Positions 1 through 9,736 of a stretch of DNA of 64,000 nt are shown here, in pieces. Each line of letters opens with the position of its first letter. Positions within the stretch are counted from its first letter, which is position 1. Origin of the DNA: Nitrospirota bacterium. GTDB taxonomy: Bacteria; Nitrospirota; Thermodesulfovibrionia; Thermodesulfovibrionales; SM23-35. The notes under the pieces are model-generated. The model saw only the letters and a list, made by a program, of their open reading frames with translations, was not told the origin of the DNA and searched no databases. The stretch is taken from NCBI GenBank assembly GCA_014859105.1, contig JACUUX010000002.1, forward strand, positions 34,118 through 98,117, written 5' to 3'. The position numbers were made by a program, and so were the translations under genes.

Positions 1-503
1 TCACGGAAAAACAGATTGATAGAGGAGATTGCAATAGAAAACCCGAAGACTACAATGAATTGCAGGATCAACAAAACAGGTATCCCTGCAAGCCATATAA
101 GGCTGGGTTTCATACCGTATATGAATAAAAAGACTACTATAACAGGTATTGATAAGATAAAATGCAACATGTCGTTTAAGACTGTAGCAATAACGAGCAC
201 TTCTCTCCGGAAATTTACCTTCTTTATAAGGGATGCGTTTCCTACAAATACTGCTGGAGAGCCATTAACAGAGTTTGAAAACCACTGCCAGGGGAAGAGG
301 CCGGTGATTAAGAACAGAGTATAATTTTCTATAGGTATTCTCATCACAACCTTGAAGGCAATAAAAAAGACCAGGGCAAGGGCAAGCGGATTGGCAATGG
401 ACCAGAGATAGCCCAGGAAACTCCTCTTGTATTTTACTTTCAGTTCTTTCTGTGTCAAAACAACGATCAGGTCCTTATAATATTCAAGTGAACGATTTTT
501 CAT
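1..503 (-). CDS. ABC-2 type (Wzm/TagG-like) polysaccharide-export permease; partial, runs off the left edge
   Basis: My own minus-strand translation from the ATG at 503-501 reads MKNRSLEYYKDLIVVLTQKELKVKYKRSFLGYLWSIANPLALALVFF... This is a typical ABC-2 permease N-terminus followed by hydrophobic helices. The frame stays open to position 1. It is absent from the ORF track because no stop lies in the window. Confidence 0.7.
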   Translation of the reverse strand, partial: MKNRSLEYYKDLIVVLTQKELKVKYKRSFLGYLWSIANPLALALVFFIAFKVVMRIPIENYTLFLITGLFPWQWFSNSVNGSPAVFVGNASLIKKVNFRREVLVIATVLNDMLHFILSIPVIVVFLFIYGMKPSLIWLAGIPVLLILQFIVVFGFSIAISSINLFFR

Positions 504-588
504 TCTTTACATTTTACATTAATTAATAAGTCTTTGAAAAATTTCTTGAGGGCGTAACCCTTCAGTGACGGTGGGGCAGATAAGATGG

Positions 589-672
589 ATTCCGGGCAAG
601 CCGGAATGACACCCGAATGACATATAGAATGACTAATCATTGAATGTTATTACTCCCGCTTGTCGGGGGTCC
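589..672. repeat. Family A palindromic element, two half-arms in swapped order
   Basis: Contains attccgggcaagccggaatgaca (589-611) and tactcccgcttgtcggggg (651-669). These are the same arms as the elements at 3153, 11949 and 18748. Confidence 0.7.
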
Positions 673-968
673 TTTTTTAGTAATGCAACAAAATCATTTC
701 TATGGACACTCTTCACTGAACGAATACTTGAGGGCTATTGGTGGGAGGATTTTAGCTCAGATTATTCATAAAGTTATTGGCAGATACAGTATTTTCGCGG
801 ATTTAAATTCTTTCGAAGAAAGAATTTAAATCGGACCCTGTGGAGTAATTTTTGCTACTACACAGGGGAGAATGAGCGAAAATACTGTATCTGCCAGTAT
901 CTGCAAAATTCATGAAATAAAAGGGTTAACTCTATTAAGCAGACTGATTGTTTATTAAAATCCGCAGA

Positions 969-2996
969 TTATTGCGATTCCAAGCCCTTATCTTTACTTT
1001 CCCCGCTATCCCTGTCTTTCTGATCAATATCTTTTATGAATATGTCTATCTTTTTATCTTTAGTAGTGGCCTTATACCTGTCAATATATTCTGATGTTAT
1101 ATCCTTAGCCTCTTGCTGACTCAGGATAACATGAGGGGTAAGAAGGATGATCAATTCATTTCTGAGGCTCGTGGTTGATGTAGTGCCAAAGAGATAGCCG
1201 AGCACCGGAATCTTGCTAAGAAGTGGAATGCCAGATCTTGTCTTATCGGTATCTTCTCTTATGAGACCACCAATAATGATTGTCTGACCATCCTGTGCAA
1301 CAAGGTTAGTTACAGCCTCTGTCTTATTTATCGTGGAAAGATTCAGATCCGAACTAATTGCTACTGTAGGGCCCAGGGATGAAACCTCCTGTGTGATCTC
1401 GAGAGAAACCAGTCCGCTCTCATTAACCTGTGGCTTTACGTTAAGTATTATTCCTATGTCTTTATACTGAACCGTCCTTTGAGGTGCAACTCCTACTGTC
1501 CCGACAAACTCTCCTGTTATGATGGGAACCTGCTGTCCTACCTGGATCTTTGCCTCACGATTGTCCGATACGAGGATGTGGGGTGATGCTAGAACCTTTA
1601 CTTTTCCCTCCGATGCGAGAGCTTCGATTTTAGCCCTGACAATACCTTTTGCATCAGTAGCCAGGAATGTAAAACCATCTCCCGACAGTAGCCCTGCACT
1701 TTCAGCAGTTATGATCGATGGCCTCTGACCCATCTCACCACTGAGATTAATATCTCTATTAAAGGGTTTTAAGCTTATATTAACATCGGACTTTAAAGAC
1801 CATGCCAATCCAAATCTCAGATCGTCTGACAGGTCGACCCGGGCAATTAATCCCTCAATAACGACCTGCCTTGGTATAATATCTATTTTCATGATTGTCT
1901 CTTCTATGAGAGAGTAATCTTCGGGTGTTGCGAGTACTATTATGCTGTTCGTTATTTCATCGGCAAATATTCTTGTGACCTCGGATACAAGTGTTGTGCC
2001 TCCCTCAGTTCCCATAGAAATGCGTGATTGTGGTGCTGTCGAAGGCTGAGGCATTGTTGATGGTGTGGTCGGAGTTGTTGATGTTCTGGGAGTTGTTGGA
2101 ACAGTCGATGGTTGGGCAGTAGTTGGCCTTGCACCGAGGAAAATCTGCTGGAGCATTTCAGCAACAGTCTTTGCCTTGCTGTTCTGCACCGGATATATGA
2201 AAACCTGCGGCTTTATTTTCTTAAGCTGTTCGCTGTCAAAAAGCTCTATAAGCTGAACAAGCCTTTTCACATTTGCATCGGTATCAACAATTATTATATG
2301 ATTGGTTTTGGGTACATCAACAATAAGGGCATTTGTTGAAAGGAATGGTGTGAGTATCCTTACCATCTCAGAAGATTCAATATATTGAATGGGTACAACC
2401 TGCAGCAATGCCTTGCCGGTTATGAGAATTTTTTCCGCCTGCCTGCCTAATCCAACAGGTGCGGGTTCCTTAGATAATTCGCTTATAGGAATTATCCTGT
2501 AAAGGCCGGATTCCTCCACAATACCGATACCATTAATCCTTAATATAACCTCCATTAATGGAAGGACATCTTCTACCGGAACAGGTGCAACGGACCTGAA
2601 ATTGACCCTGCCTTTTAACTGTGGGTCAATAATATAATTTACTCTGAGGACATCACCGAAAATCGTTTGTATTACTGAAAAGACATCCGCATCATCAAAA
2701 TTGAAACTGACCTCCCCTCGTTTTTTAACCGGCTTCCTGACAGCAGGTAGCCTGACAGGTTCTTCAGCAGGAGGCGAGATCGTTTCCTCAACTGCTTCTT
2801 CTGTTGGCTGAACCTCCGGGAGAATCTGCTCTTCAGGCTCCGGAACCTGTTGCTGGGGCTGTTCCGGAGCAGGCTGCTCTTCAGGTTGTGTTTCAGAAGG
2901 TTCCTGTGCACATAGTAATGGTGTCCCATCAAAAGAAAAAAGATATAAAACTGTCAGACTTAAAATGAATATATAAAGGCTTAATCTTTTAAGCAA
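969..2996 (-). CDS. gspD: Secretin, GspD/PilQ family (type II secretion / type IV pilus outer-membrane channel)
   Basis: 675 aa. N-terminal signal-like helix. N0-like segment FNFDDADVFSVIQTIFGDVLRVNYIIDPQLKGRVNF. Canonical secretin C-terminus NLVAQDGQTIIIGGLIRED...SGIPLLSKIPVLGYLFG...NELIILLTPHVI. Confidence 0.85.
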   Translation of the reverse strand: MLKRLSLYIFILSLTVLYLFSFDGTPLLCAQEPSETQPEEQPAPEQPQQQVPEPEEQILPEVQPTEEAVEETISPPAEEPVRLPAVRKPVKKRGEVSFNFDDADVFSVIQTIFGDVLRVNYIIDPQLKGRVNFRSVAPVPVEDVLPLMEVILRINGIGIVEESGLYRIIPISELSKEPAPVGLGRQAEKILITGKALLQVVPIQYIESSEMVRILTPFLSTNALIVDVPKTNHIIIVDTDANVKRLVQLIELFDSEQLKKIKPQVFIYPVQNSKAKTVAEMLQQIFLGARPTTAQPSTVPTTPRTSTTPTTPSTMPQPSTAPQSRISMGTEGGTTLVSEVTRIFADEITNSIIVLATPEDYSLIEETIMKIDIIPRQVVIEGLIARVDLSDDLRFGLAWSLKSDVNISLKPFNRDINLSGEMGQRPSIITAESAGLLSGDGFTFLATDAKGIVRAKIEALASEGKVKVLASPHILVSDNREAKIQVGQQVPIITGEFVGTVGVAPQRTVQYKDIGIILNVKPQVNESGLVSLEITQEVSSLGPTVAISSDLNLSTINKTEAVTNLVAQDGQTIIIGGLIREDTDKTRSGIPLLSKIPVLGYLFGTTSTTSLRNELIILLTPHVILSQQEAKDITSEYIDRYKATTKDKKIDIFIKDIDQKDRDSGESKDKGLESQ

Positions 2997-3152
2997 AGAG
3001 ACCTCCGCTATAGATTATCGTAAGATAATTTATTTATATATATATGTCAAGATATTGCAATGAATCCTTTAAAAGCGGCTTGAGATATAAGATGGGTGGT
3101 GTTAAGATAAAACGTCTGGATCCCTAACAATATTTACACATGCTATACCAGC

Positions 3153-3222
3153 TGTCATTCCCGCTTGTCGGGAATCTTTCTTTAGCGATTTGAAGAAAGA
3201 TGCCGGACAAGCCGGCATGACA
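3153..3222. repeat. Family A palindromic element
   Basis: tgtcattcccgcttgtcgggaatc..(A/T-rich centre)..gccggacaagccggcatgaca. The two outer arms are inverted repeats, and each arm contains its own small hairpin. Confidence 0.8.
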
Positions 3223-3248
3223 ACAGTGGCGGATGTATTTTCGGGTCA

Positions 3249-4733
3249 ATGACAAAGATATTTACGAACCAGGGGGGATTTCTGGAACTTTATAGCCTTA
3301 CAATCTCGGATATAAGAGAATTACTCAAAAGAAAAGAAATATCAGTTATAGATGTGGTTAATGCAGTTTACAGGAGGATTGATGCAGTTGAAGACAGGAT
3401 AAAAGCATTTATTACAATCACAAAAGAAAAATCCTTAGAAATGGCTGAATCAGCCCAGAAGAATATAAACAATGATAATGCATATCTCTGCGGGGTTCCA
3501 CTTGCCATTAAGGACAATATATGTACAAAAGGTATTCTTACTACATGTGGGTCAAAGATTCTATATAATTTTATCCCCCCTTATGAGAGCACAGTTACTT
3601 CACGTCTGACTGAAAACGGATATGTCCTTATAGGGAAGACAAACCTTGATGAATTTGCGATGGGTTCTTCAACCGAGAACTCGGGTTTTCATACCACAAA
3701 AAATCCATGGGATCTGGAAAGGATTCCGGGAGGTTCAAGTGGAGGTTCGGCAGCTGCAGTTGCTGCTGATGAATGTATTGCTGCCCTCGGCTCGGATACA
3801 GGCGGTTCAATCAGGCAGCCGGCCGCTTTATCCGGTGTTGTAGGGTTCAAGACAACATACGGAAGGGTATCGAGGTATGGACTTATTGCATTTGCCTCGT
3901 CACTCGACCAGATCGGCCCTATAACGAAAAATGTAAGGGATTCAGCAATACTGCTGAATGTTATTTCAGGACATGACGAACTCGATTCAACATCAGCGCC
4001 TTTAACCGTGTCTGACTATACACGGGTTCTGGGACAAGATATAAAAGGCATGAAAATCGGTGTTCCCGGAGAATATTTTATTGAAGGTATGGATAAGGAA
4101 GTAGAAAAAGCGGTAAGAGATGCATTGAAAAAACTTGAATCGCTTGGTGCTATTCCTGTTGAAATATCACTGCCGCATACAGGATATGCTGTTGCTACCT
4201 ATTATGTACTTGCTACCTCAGAGGCTTCTTCTAACCTTGCGCGGTATGACGGAGTCAGGTACGGTCTCAGGATAGAAGGAAAGGATTTGATGGAGATGTA
4301 TATGAATACCAGGTCACAGGGATTCGGCGCTGAAGTCAAAAGGAGAATAATGATCGGAACATATGCTCTTTCTTCAGGGTACTATGAGGCTTACTACAGG
4401 AAGGCACAGCAGGTGAGGACTCTAATAAAGAAGGATTTTGAAGATGCATTTAAAGAAGTGGATGTAATATTAACTCCAACATCACCGACAGCAACATTTA
4501 AAATCGGAGAAAAGACTGCTGAACCTCTTCAGATGTATATTTCAGATATATTTACAATATCTGTGAACCTTGCAGGTGTTCCTGCGATATCGATCCCTTG
4601 TGGTTTCACATCGAATAATCTGCCGATAGGACTACAATTAATAGGAAGCCATTTTGATGAAGAATCTATCTTAAAAGTTGCATATGCATATGAGCAGTCT
4701 ACTGAGTGGCATAAGAGGAAACCGATCTTATAA
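3249..4733 (+). CDS. gatA: Asp-tRNA(Asn)/Glu-tRNA(Gln) amidotransferase subunit A
   Basis: 494 aa. Amidase signature [13 protein letters not shown] and [20 protein letters not shown] motif near the N-terminus. A gatB partner lies in the same window. Confidence 0.95.
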   Translation: MTKIFTNQGGFLELYSLTISDIRELLKRKEISVIDVVNAVYRRIDAVEDRIKAFITITKEKSLEMAESAQKNINNDNAYLCGVPLAIKDNICTKGILTTCGSKILYNFIPPYESTVTSRLTENGYVLIGKTNLDEFAMGSSTENSGFHTTKNPWDLERIPGGSSGGSAAAVAADECIAALGSDTGGSIRQPAALSGVVGFKTTYGRVSRYGLIAFASSLDQIGPITKNVRDSAILLNVISGHDELDSTSAPLTVSDYTRVLGQDIKGMKIGVPGEYFIEGMDKEVEKAVRDALKKLESLGAIPVEISLPHTGYAVATYYVLATSEASSNLARYDGVRYGLRIEGKDLMEMYMNTRSQGFGAEVKRRIMIGTYALSSGYYEAYYRKAQQVRTLIKKDFEDAFKEVDVILTPTSPTATFKIGEKTAEPLQMYISDIFTISVNLAGVPAISIPCGFTSNNLPIGLQLIGSHFDEESILKVAYAYEQSTEWHKRKPIL

Positions 4734-4771
4734 TGTTTGACAATTTGTTTAACAAAAAGTAAAATAAAGGT

Positions 4772-4993
4772 ATGAAAATAGTTGCTGTTAGAGTACCAGA
4801 AGAAATTAAAAAAAGGATGAAGGAAGTCCCAGAAGACTGGAGTAAATATCTTAGAGATGCAATCGAAGATCGCATCCGCAAAGAGGATCAGAAAAAACTC
4901 GTCAAGCGGATAGACAGGATTATGAGTGGAGTACCAAGACCTCCAAAAGGTACTGGAGCTAAAAGTATAAGGGAAGACAGGGACAGTGGCTGA
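4772..4993 (+). CDS. Small antitoxin-like protein (VapB-type partner of the downstream PIN gene)
   Basis: 73 aa, basic/acidic (MKIVAVRVPEEIKKRMKEV...). Overlaps the PIN gene start by 8 nt, which is the usual toxin-antitoxin layout. Confidence 0.6.
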   Translation: MKIVAVRVPEEIKKRMKEVPEDWSKYLRDAIEDRIRKEDQKKLVKRIDRIMSGVPRPPKGTGAKSIREDRDSG

Positions 4994-5381
4994 GCTTGTT
5001 ATTGATGCAAGTATACTCAGTGCCTTGTTTCTTAACGAAGAAAGCTCAGAAGAAATTCGAGATGTTGTCCAATCCGAGACAACCCTATACGCTCCGTCAT
5101 TCTGGCGGTTTGAGGTCTCTAATGCTGTATGGAAAACGAGGGAGATACCGTTAAAGACTGCAAAAGACCTCATAGAGATAATATGGCGTTTCCCTGTGTA
5201 TACCAATGAATCAGAGGAGCTCGCTGTTGAAAGCCTATCTATTGCCCGTAAGTATGAAATTACTTTTTATGATTCATTCTATATTGCCATGGCAAAACTT
5301 AGTATGATACCACTTTGGACCACAGATAAGATTCAGGCTAAAGCTGCAGACAAAGCAGGGGTATCTTTATGGGAAAAATGA
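4986..5381 (+). CDS. vapC: PIN-domain ribonuclease toxin (VapC family)
   Basis: 131 aa. Starts LVIDASILSALF with an acidic D near the N-terminus. Has SFYD..YIAMA and a C-terminal TTD. This matches the PIN acidic-residue pattern. Confidence 0.8.
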   Translation: MAELVIDASILSALFLNEESSEEIRDVVQSETTLYAPSFWRFEVSNAVWKTREIPLKTAKDLIEIIWRFPVYTNESEELAVESLSIARKYEITFYDSFYIAMAKLSMIPLWTTDKIQAKAADKAGVSLWEK

Positions 5382-5602
5382 AGATATGGTATGACGAGGA
5401 AGGAGACTATCTTGAGATCGGCTTTGGAAAGAAAAAAGGCTATATGAAAGACATAGGCAATGATATGTGGGAAATGATCGAGGAAGGTAAGGTTACTGGT
5501 ATTTCGATTCTAAATTTCAAGAAAAGACTCAAAAAAGGTAAGTCAGAAGTAAAACTTCCCTTAGAGGTGAGTTTTAAGGAATTGGCAAAAACTGGGAAAT
5601 AG
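5369..5602 (+). CDS. DUF2283-family small protein
   Basis: 77 aa. MKIWYDEEGDYLEIGFGKKKG...GKVTGISILNFKK matches the DUF2283 pattern (Y-D-x-E-x-D-x-L-x-I ... G-I-x-IL). The true start may be the ATG at 5378. Confidence 0.6.
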   Translation: MGKMKIWYDEEGDYLEIGFGKKKGYMKDIGNDMWEMIEEGKVTGISILNFKKRLKKGKSEVKLPLEVSFKELAKTGK

Positions 5603-5694
5603 CAGGGAATTCAGGATGTTGGTTTATGCCTCTCTAAGCAGAAATTCCTGAACGGGGATGAGTAGCCGTAGGCTTCAGCCTGCGAGGATGCATT

Positions 5695-5999
5695 ATGAAA
5701 GAATTATCTAATGAGCAGATTGAAAAGATTTTAGACCTTTTGAAAAAAGGTTCACCCTTCCCAGAGGATTATAGACTAAGCCTCATCAAATACCTTGAGC
5801 AAATCAAAAATTTCATTCTTTTGATACCAAAAAAGAATACGAGATTGTTTGTGCTAATAAAAAGCGTGAGGAGGACATCCTTGCCGAAACAATGGCTGTA
5901 CCTTTTCAGAAGGTAAAGACTTTTGGAAACAATGAAAGGACGCAAGGTATTGTCCTTAGTGACTTAAATTTTAAAACATTAAGGTTTGAGAATGGATAA
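5695..5999 (+). pseudogene. Frameshifted N-terminal remnant of an adenine DNA methyltransferase (type III / IIG-like leader); catalytic core absent
   Basis: Frame 1 reads ...LLKKGSPFPEDYRLSLI... A second frame, open from about 5799, reads ..FDTKKEYEIVCANKKREEDILAETMAVPFQKVKTFGNNE.. Joined, the two resemble the leader of Mod-type methylases. No FxGxG or (D/N)PPY motif follows. Confidence 0.45.
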
Positions 6000-7251
6000 T
6001 GTAGAACAGTTAAACGACCTCGCAAAATATTATAGAGACCTATTATTTTCACTTTCCAGTCAGGTCGGGAAACACTTTGTAGACATCAACGCAGTTTTGC
6101 GTTATGGACTAACTGCTGATCTAAGTCTGTTTGTCCCAGAAATTGAAGAGCTTATTACCAGTGGGACAATTAGTTTCACTATAGACAAGGCTTCGCCTTC
6201 TGTTGTCAATAAAATCATTGAAAAAGCCAACGAAATTGAAGATAAAGAAGAACAAGGTAAAATTTCTGAGGACATTGAAGTAAGTCTTGAGGAGCAAGAA
6301 AGAAAAAATGCATCAGCCATACTTGTAGCTATATATCGAAAACAGGAATTTGACCCCTATAACCGTGAAGTTATCATTGGATTCCCCTTGGTTTCTGGAA
6401 AAGTAGGAAAAAAGAAGTTTTGTGCACCGCTTTTTTACTATAAAGTACACATTGATTTCGACCCTTTGAAAGGCTTAATAACGCTTACTAAGGATTTTGA
6501 AATACCAGCATTAAACTTCCAACTGATAAAACATCTTGTAGAGTCTGATGAAGATATCGAAATGATTCGCCAGCAAATTTTACCGCATCTTTATCGTGAA
6601 GACTTTGGATTATCAACAATTCAAGAGATCATTCAAAGGCTTTCTGAATTGGTTGAGGGTTTCAGGGGATTATCATATTCATCAAAACAATCTTTTTTAA
6701 GAGAAGCATTTGAGCTAAGAGAGACTGCTGGTGCCAACATTCTTAATACTTCCATTATTGTCAACGCAAGGAGAACAAATGCTTATTTGCTTGATGACCT
6801 GGCTCAATTGGCTCAGATAGAAGAAATGGATGATGAAACAATAATAAATACTATTCTGTCAGAACCCGTAGAGATCGAAAATGAAGATATTAAAAATGAT
6901 AAAAATACAAGCGAAAATCAATCACTTCTTTTGTTTCCACTATTGACGTCCGACCTCAAGATTTATGTCGAGCAAACAGAAGACGTAAATCAGTTTGAAT
7001 CACGTTCAGAACCTGCAGAAGGTTTTAAAGAATCTAAGCTTCCTTTTGATGAGAAAGCCTTTTCTGAAAAAAGCATCCAAGAAAAGATAATGGAAATCCT
7101 ATCAGAAGAATCATTACCAGTATGGGCTATAGCTCAAAAACTCACTATTTCAAAGGAAGAAGTGCTTCCTGAGCTTAAAAGACTTTTAGAGATGGAGTGG
7201 GTTATTGAAATATATGAGGACGGGGTTAAAAAATGGAAGGCAATAGATTAG
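5986..7251 (+). CDS. Hypothetical 421-aa protein; N-terminal region possibly helicase-leader-like, C-terminal winged-helix-like
   Basis: Long ORF in a low-GC island. TTG at 5986, or ATG at 5992. The C-terminal about 60 aa (IMEILSEESLPVWAIAQKLTISKEEVLPELKRLLEMEWVIE) looks like a wHTH. No enzymatic motifs seen. Confidence 0.5.
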   Translation: MRMDNVEQLNDLAKYYRDLLFSLSSQVGKHFVDINAVLRYGLTADLSLFVPEIEELITSGTISFTIDKASPSVVNKIIEKANEIEDKEEQGKISEDIEVSLEEQERKNASAILVAIYRKQEFDPYNREVIIGFPLVSGKVGKKKFCAPLFYYKVHIDFDPLKGLITLTKDFEIPALNFQLIKHLVESDEDIEMIRQQILPHLYREDFGLSTIQEIIQRLSELVEGFRGLSYSSKQSFLREAFELRETAGANILNTSIIVNARRTNAYLLDDLAQLAQIEEMDDETIINTILSEPVEIENEDIKNDKNTSENQSLLLFPLLTSDLKIYVEQTEDVNQFESRSEPAEGFKESKLPFDEKAFSEKSIQEKIMEILSEESLPVWAIAQKLTISKEEVLPELKRLLEMEWVIEIYEDGVKKWKAID

Positions 7252-7383
7252 TGTTTGTTACTATCATAAAGTTAAGGCATTAAAAAAGATGTATAGAGAA
7301 TTCAAGTCATGGCTTGAGGCGAGATTAGAAGGATAATTTAAGCATGTTTGAATGGATCATGAAATGATTAAAGAGAGAGCAGA

Positions 7384-8037
7384 ATGAAAAAATTATCAAA
7401 AGTAAATACTTATTCCTCCCTCATCGGTGACCTTACCTCTCTCATTGAGCAAGGACGCAAAGCAGCAGTGCGGTATGTGAATACCGCACTAGTGGCTACT
7501 TACTGGCTGATTGGCAGAAGAATTGTTGAGTATGAGCAGAAGGGCAAAGAAAGGGCGGAATATGGAGAGGTTTTGCTGGAAAGGCTTTCAAAAGACCTAT
7601 CGCCTCAATTTGGTAAGGGGTTTTCCCTTAGAAATCTGAGAAATATGCGCTCTTTTTATCTTTTATTTCCAATTCGGCAGACAGTGTCTGCCGAATCTTC
7701 AAAACCGGGAAATAGGCAGACGCCATCTGCCGAATTATCTGCAATACCTCAGACACCGTCTGAAATTTCCGAGACATTGATTCGGAAATTACCTTTGTCT
7801 TGGTCTCACTACTGTCTTCTTATGCGACTTGACGAACCTTTTAAAAGAGAATTTTATGAAGCAGAGTGCATCCGTGGCAACTGGTCTGTTGTTGAATATG
7901 CACTCGGTGGAATGAGCAATAAGATATTTGCATCAAAGTATAAATTACAACTACCTGATCCTGAAATTTTAAAAGCTGAGATAGAACATGAAAGGCAGAG
8001 ACTTCTGGAAATGGAAATCGTTAAAGATAAAGCTTGA
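7384..8037 (+). CDS. DUF1016 (YhcG-like) protein with an apparent internal deletion of the PD-(D/E)xK nuclease core
   Basis: 217 aa, against about 340-370 aa typical for the family. N-terminal DUF1016 signature [41 protein letters not shown]...GKGFS.RNL.NMR.FY and LSWSHY..L. After NWSV it jumps directly to a tail-like segment. Confidence 0.6.
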   Translation: MKKLSKVNTYSSLIGDLTSLIEQGRKAAVRYVNTALVATYWLIGRRIVEYEQKGKERAEYGEVLLERLSKDLSPQFGKGFSLRNLRNMRSFYLLFPIRQTVSAESSKPGNRQTPSAELSAIPQTPSEISETLIRKLPLSWSHYCLLMRLDEPFKREFYEAECIRGNWSVVEYALGGMSNKIFASKYKLQLPDPEILKAEIEHERQRLLEMEIVKDKA

Positions 8038-8044
8038 GGTTAAA

Positions 8045-9505
8045 TTGAGGGATAGAATTTCTATAAAATACGAGGCGATCATCGGGCTTGAAGTTCATGC
8101 TCAGATGCTTACGGAAACAAAGATATTCTGCGGCTGCTCAACAAAATTCGGCTCGGAACCGAATACACAGACATGTCCTGTGTGCATAGGAATGCCGGGC
8201 GTGCTTCCGGTTTTAAATAAAAAAGCTCTTGAATATGCGATAAAAACCGGTCTTGCCATGAATTGCACGATTTCTAAATTCAGCAGGTTTGCAAGAAAAA
8301 ACTATTTTTATCCTGACCTTCCAAAGGGTTATCAGATAAGCCAGTACGAACTTCCGATATGCGAACACGGGAACATAGAAATAGTAGTCAACGGCAATAT
8401 CAGAAAAATAGGTATTACAAGGATTCATATGGAAGAAGACGCAGGTAAAAATATTCATGAAGGCGCGGGTAATTATAGTTTTGTGGATTTAAACAGGGCC
8501 GGCGTTCCATTGATGGAAATTGTTTCAGAGCCGGATATAAGAAGCGCTCGGGAAGCGGTTGAGTATATGAAAAAAATGAGAACCATCCTCCGGTATCTTG
8601 GTGTTTGTGACGGAAACATGGAACAGGGATCTTTGAGGTGCGATGCGAATGTCTCTGTAAGGCCTGTGGGGCAGAAAGAATTTGGAGTTAAGACAGAGTT
8701 GAAAAATATTAATTCTTTCAGGTTTGTGGAAAAGGCTCTCGATTACGAGATAAAGCGACAGATAAAGGTCATTAAAGAAGGCGGGAAGATTCTGCAGGAG
8801 ACGAGGTTATGGGATTCAACTCAGGGGATAACGGAGCCGATGCGCGGGAAGGAAGAAGCTCATGATTACCGCTATTTCCCGGAACCTGACCTTGTGCCTG
8901 TTGTTGTTGATCAAAAATGGATAGACGAGATTAACGCCTCGCTGCCTGAATTACCTGATATAAAAAGGGAAAGGTTTGTTTCAGTATATGGTCTCCCGGA
9001 AAATGATGCAGATTTTTTTACATCCGATAAACCAATTGCAGACTGGTACGAGGAGGCTACAGCATCATATGCCCTGAGCGTTTCAGGGCATAAGGTTGTA
9101 AGCAACTGGGTGAAGGGAGAACTCACACGACTGCTTAATGAGGAGAATAGATCTATCGAGGAATGTCCCCTGAAGCCACTACAGCTCGCAGACATGCTCA
9201 CTCTCATCGACAAAGGCACTATCAGTGGAAAGATTGCCAAGACCGTTTTTGAGGAGATGTATAAAACAGGTAAGGATGCCGAAGTAATAATCAAAGAAAA
9301 AGGACTTGTGCAGATAACCGACGAGGGAGAAATAGAGAAGGCGGTTGATGAGATTATCGCAAAGTACCCGAAAGAAGTTGAACGGTTTAAAGCGGGTGAG
9401 GAAAAGCTCATTGGTTTTTTCATCGGCCAAATCATGAAGGCCACAAAAGGTAAGGCAAACCCTCAGATCGTGAATGAATTACTGAAGAAAAAGCTCTCAA
9501 CATAA
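8045..9505 (+). CDS. gatB: Asp-tRNA(Asn)/Glu-tRNA(Gln) amidotransferase subunit B
   Basis: [41 protein letters not shown] and [10 protein letters not shown]. The GatB/YqeY C-terminal domain is present. I prefer the TTG at 8045, which has GAGG 5-6 nt upstream, over the track start at 7988, which overlaps the DUF1016 ORF. Confidence 0.93.
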   Translation: MRDRISIKYEAIIGLEVHAQMLTETKIFCGCSTKFGSEPNTQTCPVCIGMPGVLPVLNKKALEYAIKTGLAMNCTISKFSRFARKNYFYPDLPKGYQISQYELPICEHGNIEIVVNGNIRKIGITRIHMEEDAGKNIHEGAGNYSFVDLNRAGVPLMEIVSEPDIRSAREAVEYMKKMRTILRYLGVCDGNMEQGSLRCDANVSVRPVGQKEFGVKTELKNINSFRFVEKALDYEIKRQIKVIKEGGKILQETRLWDSTQGITEPMRGKEEAHDYRYFPEPDLVPVVVDQKWIDEINASLPELPDIKRERFVSVYGLPENDADFFTSDKPIADWYEEATASYALSVSGHKVVSNWVKGELTRLLNEENRSIEECPLKPLQLADMLTLIDKGTISGKIAKTVFEEMYKTGKDAEVIIKEKGLVQITDEGEIEKAVDEIIAKYPKEVERFKAGEEKLIGFFIGQIMKATKGKANPQIVNELLKKKLST

Positions 9506-9634
9506 ACTTGATTTTATATATATCTTTTCTTTAATCTTAAAGTAGTAATAAAATAATTCGCGATTTCTGGCATTCCTGTGAAAACATGAGTCCAGAATTT
9601 TTTAAACCTGATGTATGTAAGGTGGTTGCCAAAA

Positions 9635-9736
9635 TGTCACCCTGAACTTGATTCAGGGTCTAATTCGCCCCAGCGAATCCGATGAGTCGGATAAAAGCAC
9701 TGATTTAGAGATACTGAAACAAGTTCAGCACGACAG
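9635..9736. repeat. Family A-variant palindromic elements
   Basis: Contains tgtcaccctgaacttgattcagggtc and gatactgaaacaagttcagcacgaca, with a third hairpin cgccccagcgaatccgatgagtcgg between them. Confidence 0.6.

Noticed and set aside
16-324. 102-aa plus-strand ORF at the left edge
   Set aside because: It lies antisense to the ABC-2 permease reading frame, which has a clear family signature.
644-829. 61-aa ORF in the spacer between the ABC-2 permease gene and the secretin gene
   Set aside because: It starts inside a family A palindromic element (…LLLPLVGGPF… is repeat-encoded). It has no RBS and no recognisable fold. It is most likely an artefact of the repeat.
4529-5206. 225-aa minus-strand ORF spanning the end of gatA and the VapBC-like pair
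   Set aside because: It lies antisense to three plus-strand genes that have clear family signatures, and it has no motifs of its own. It is a shadow ORF. The same reasoning applies to these antisense ORFs: 8911-9444, 10811-11245, 28802-29299, 49932-50486, 56862-57458, 58247-58876 and 59259-59720.
7988-8044. The upstream ATG of the gatB ORF ([19 protein letters not shown]...)
   Set aside because: This extension overlaps the DUF1016 ORF and adds residues absent from GatB N-termini. The TTG at 8045 with an upstream GAGG fits better. The call is not certain.
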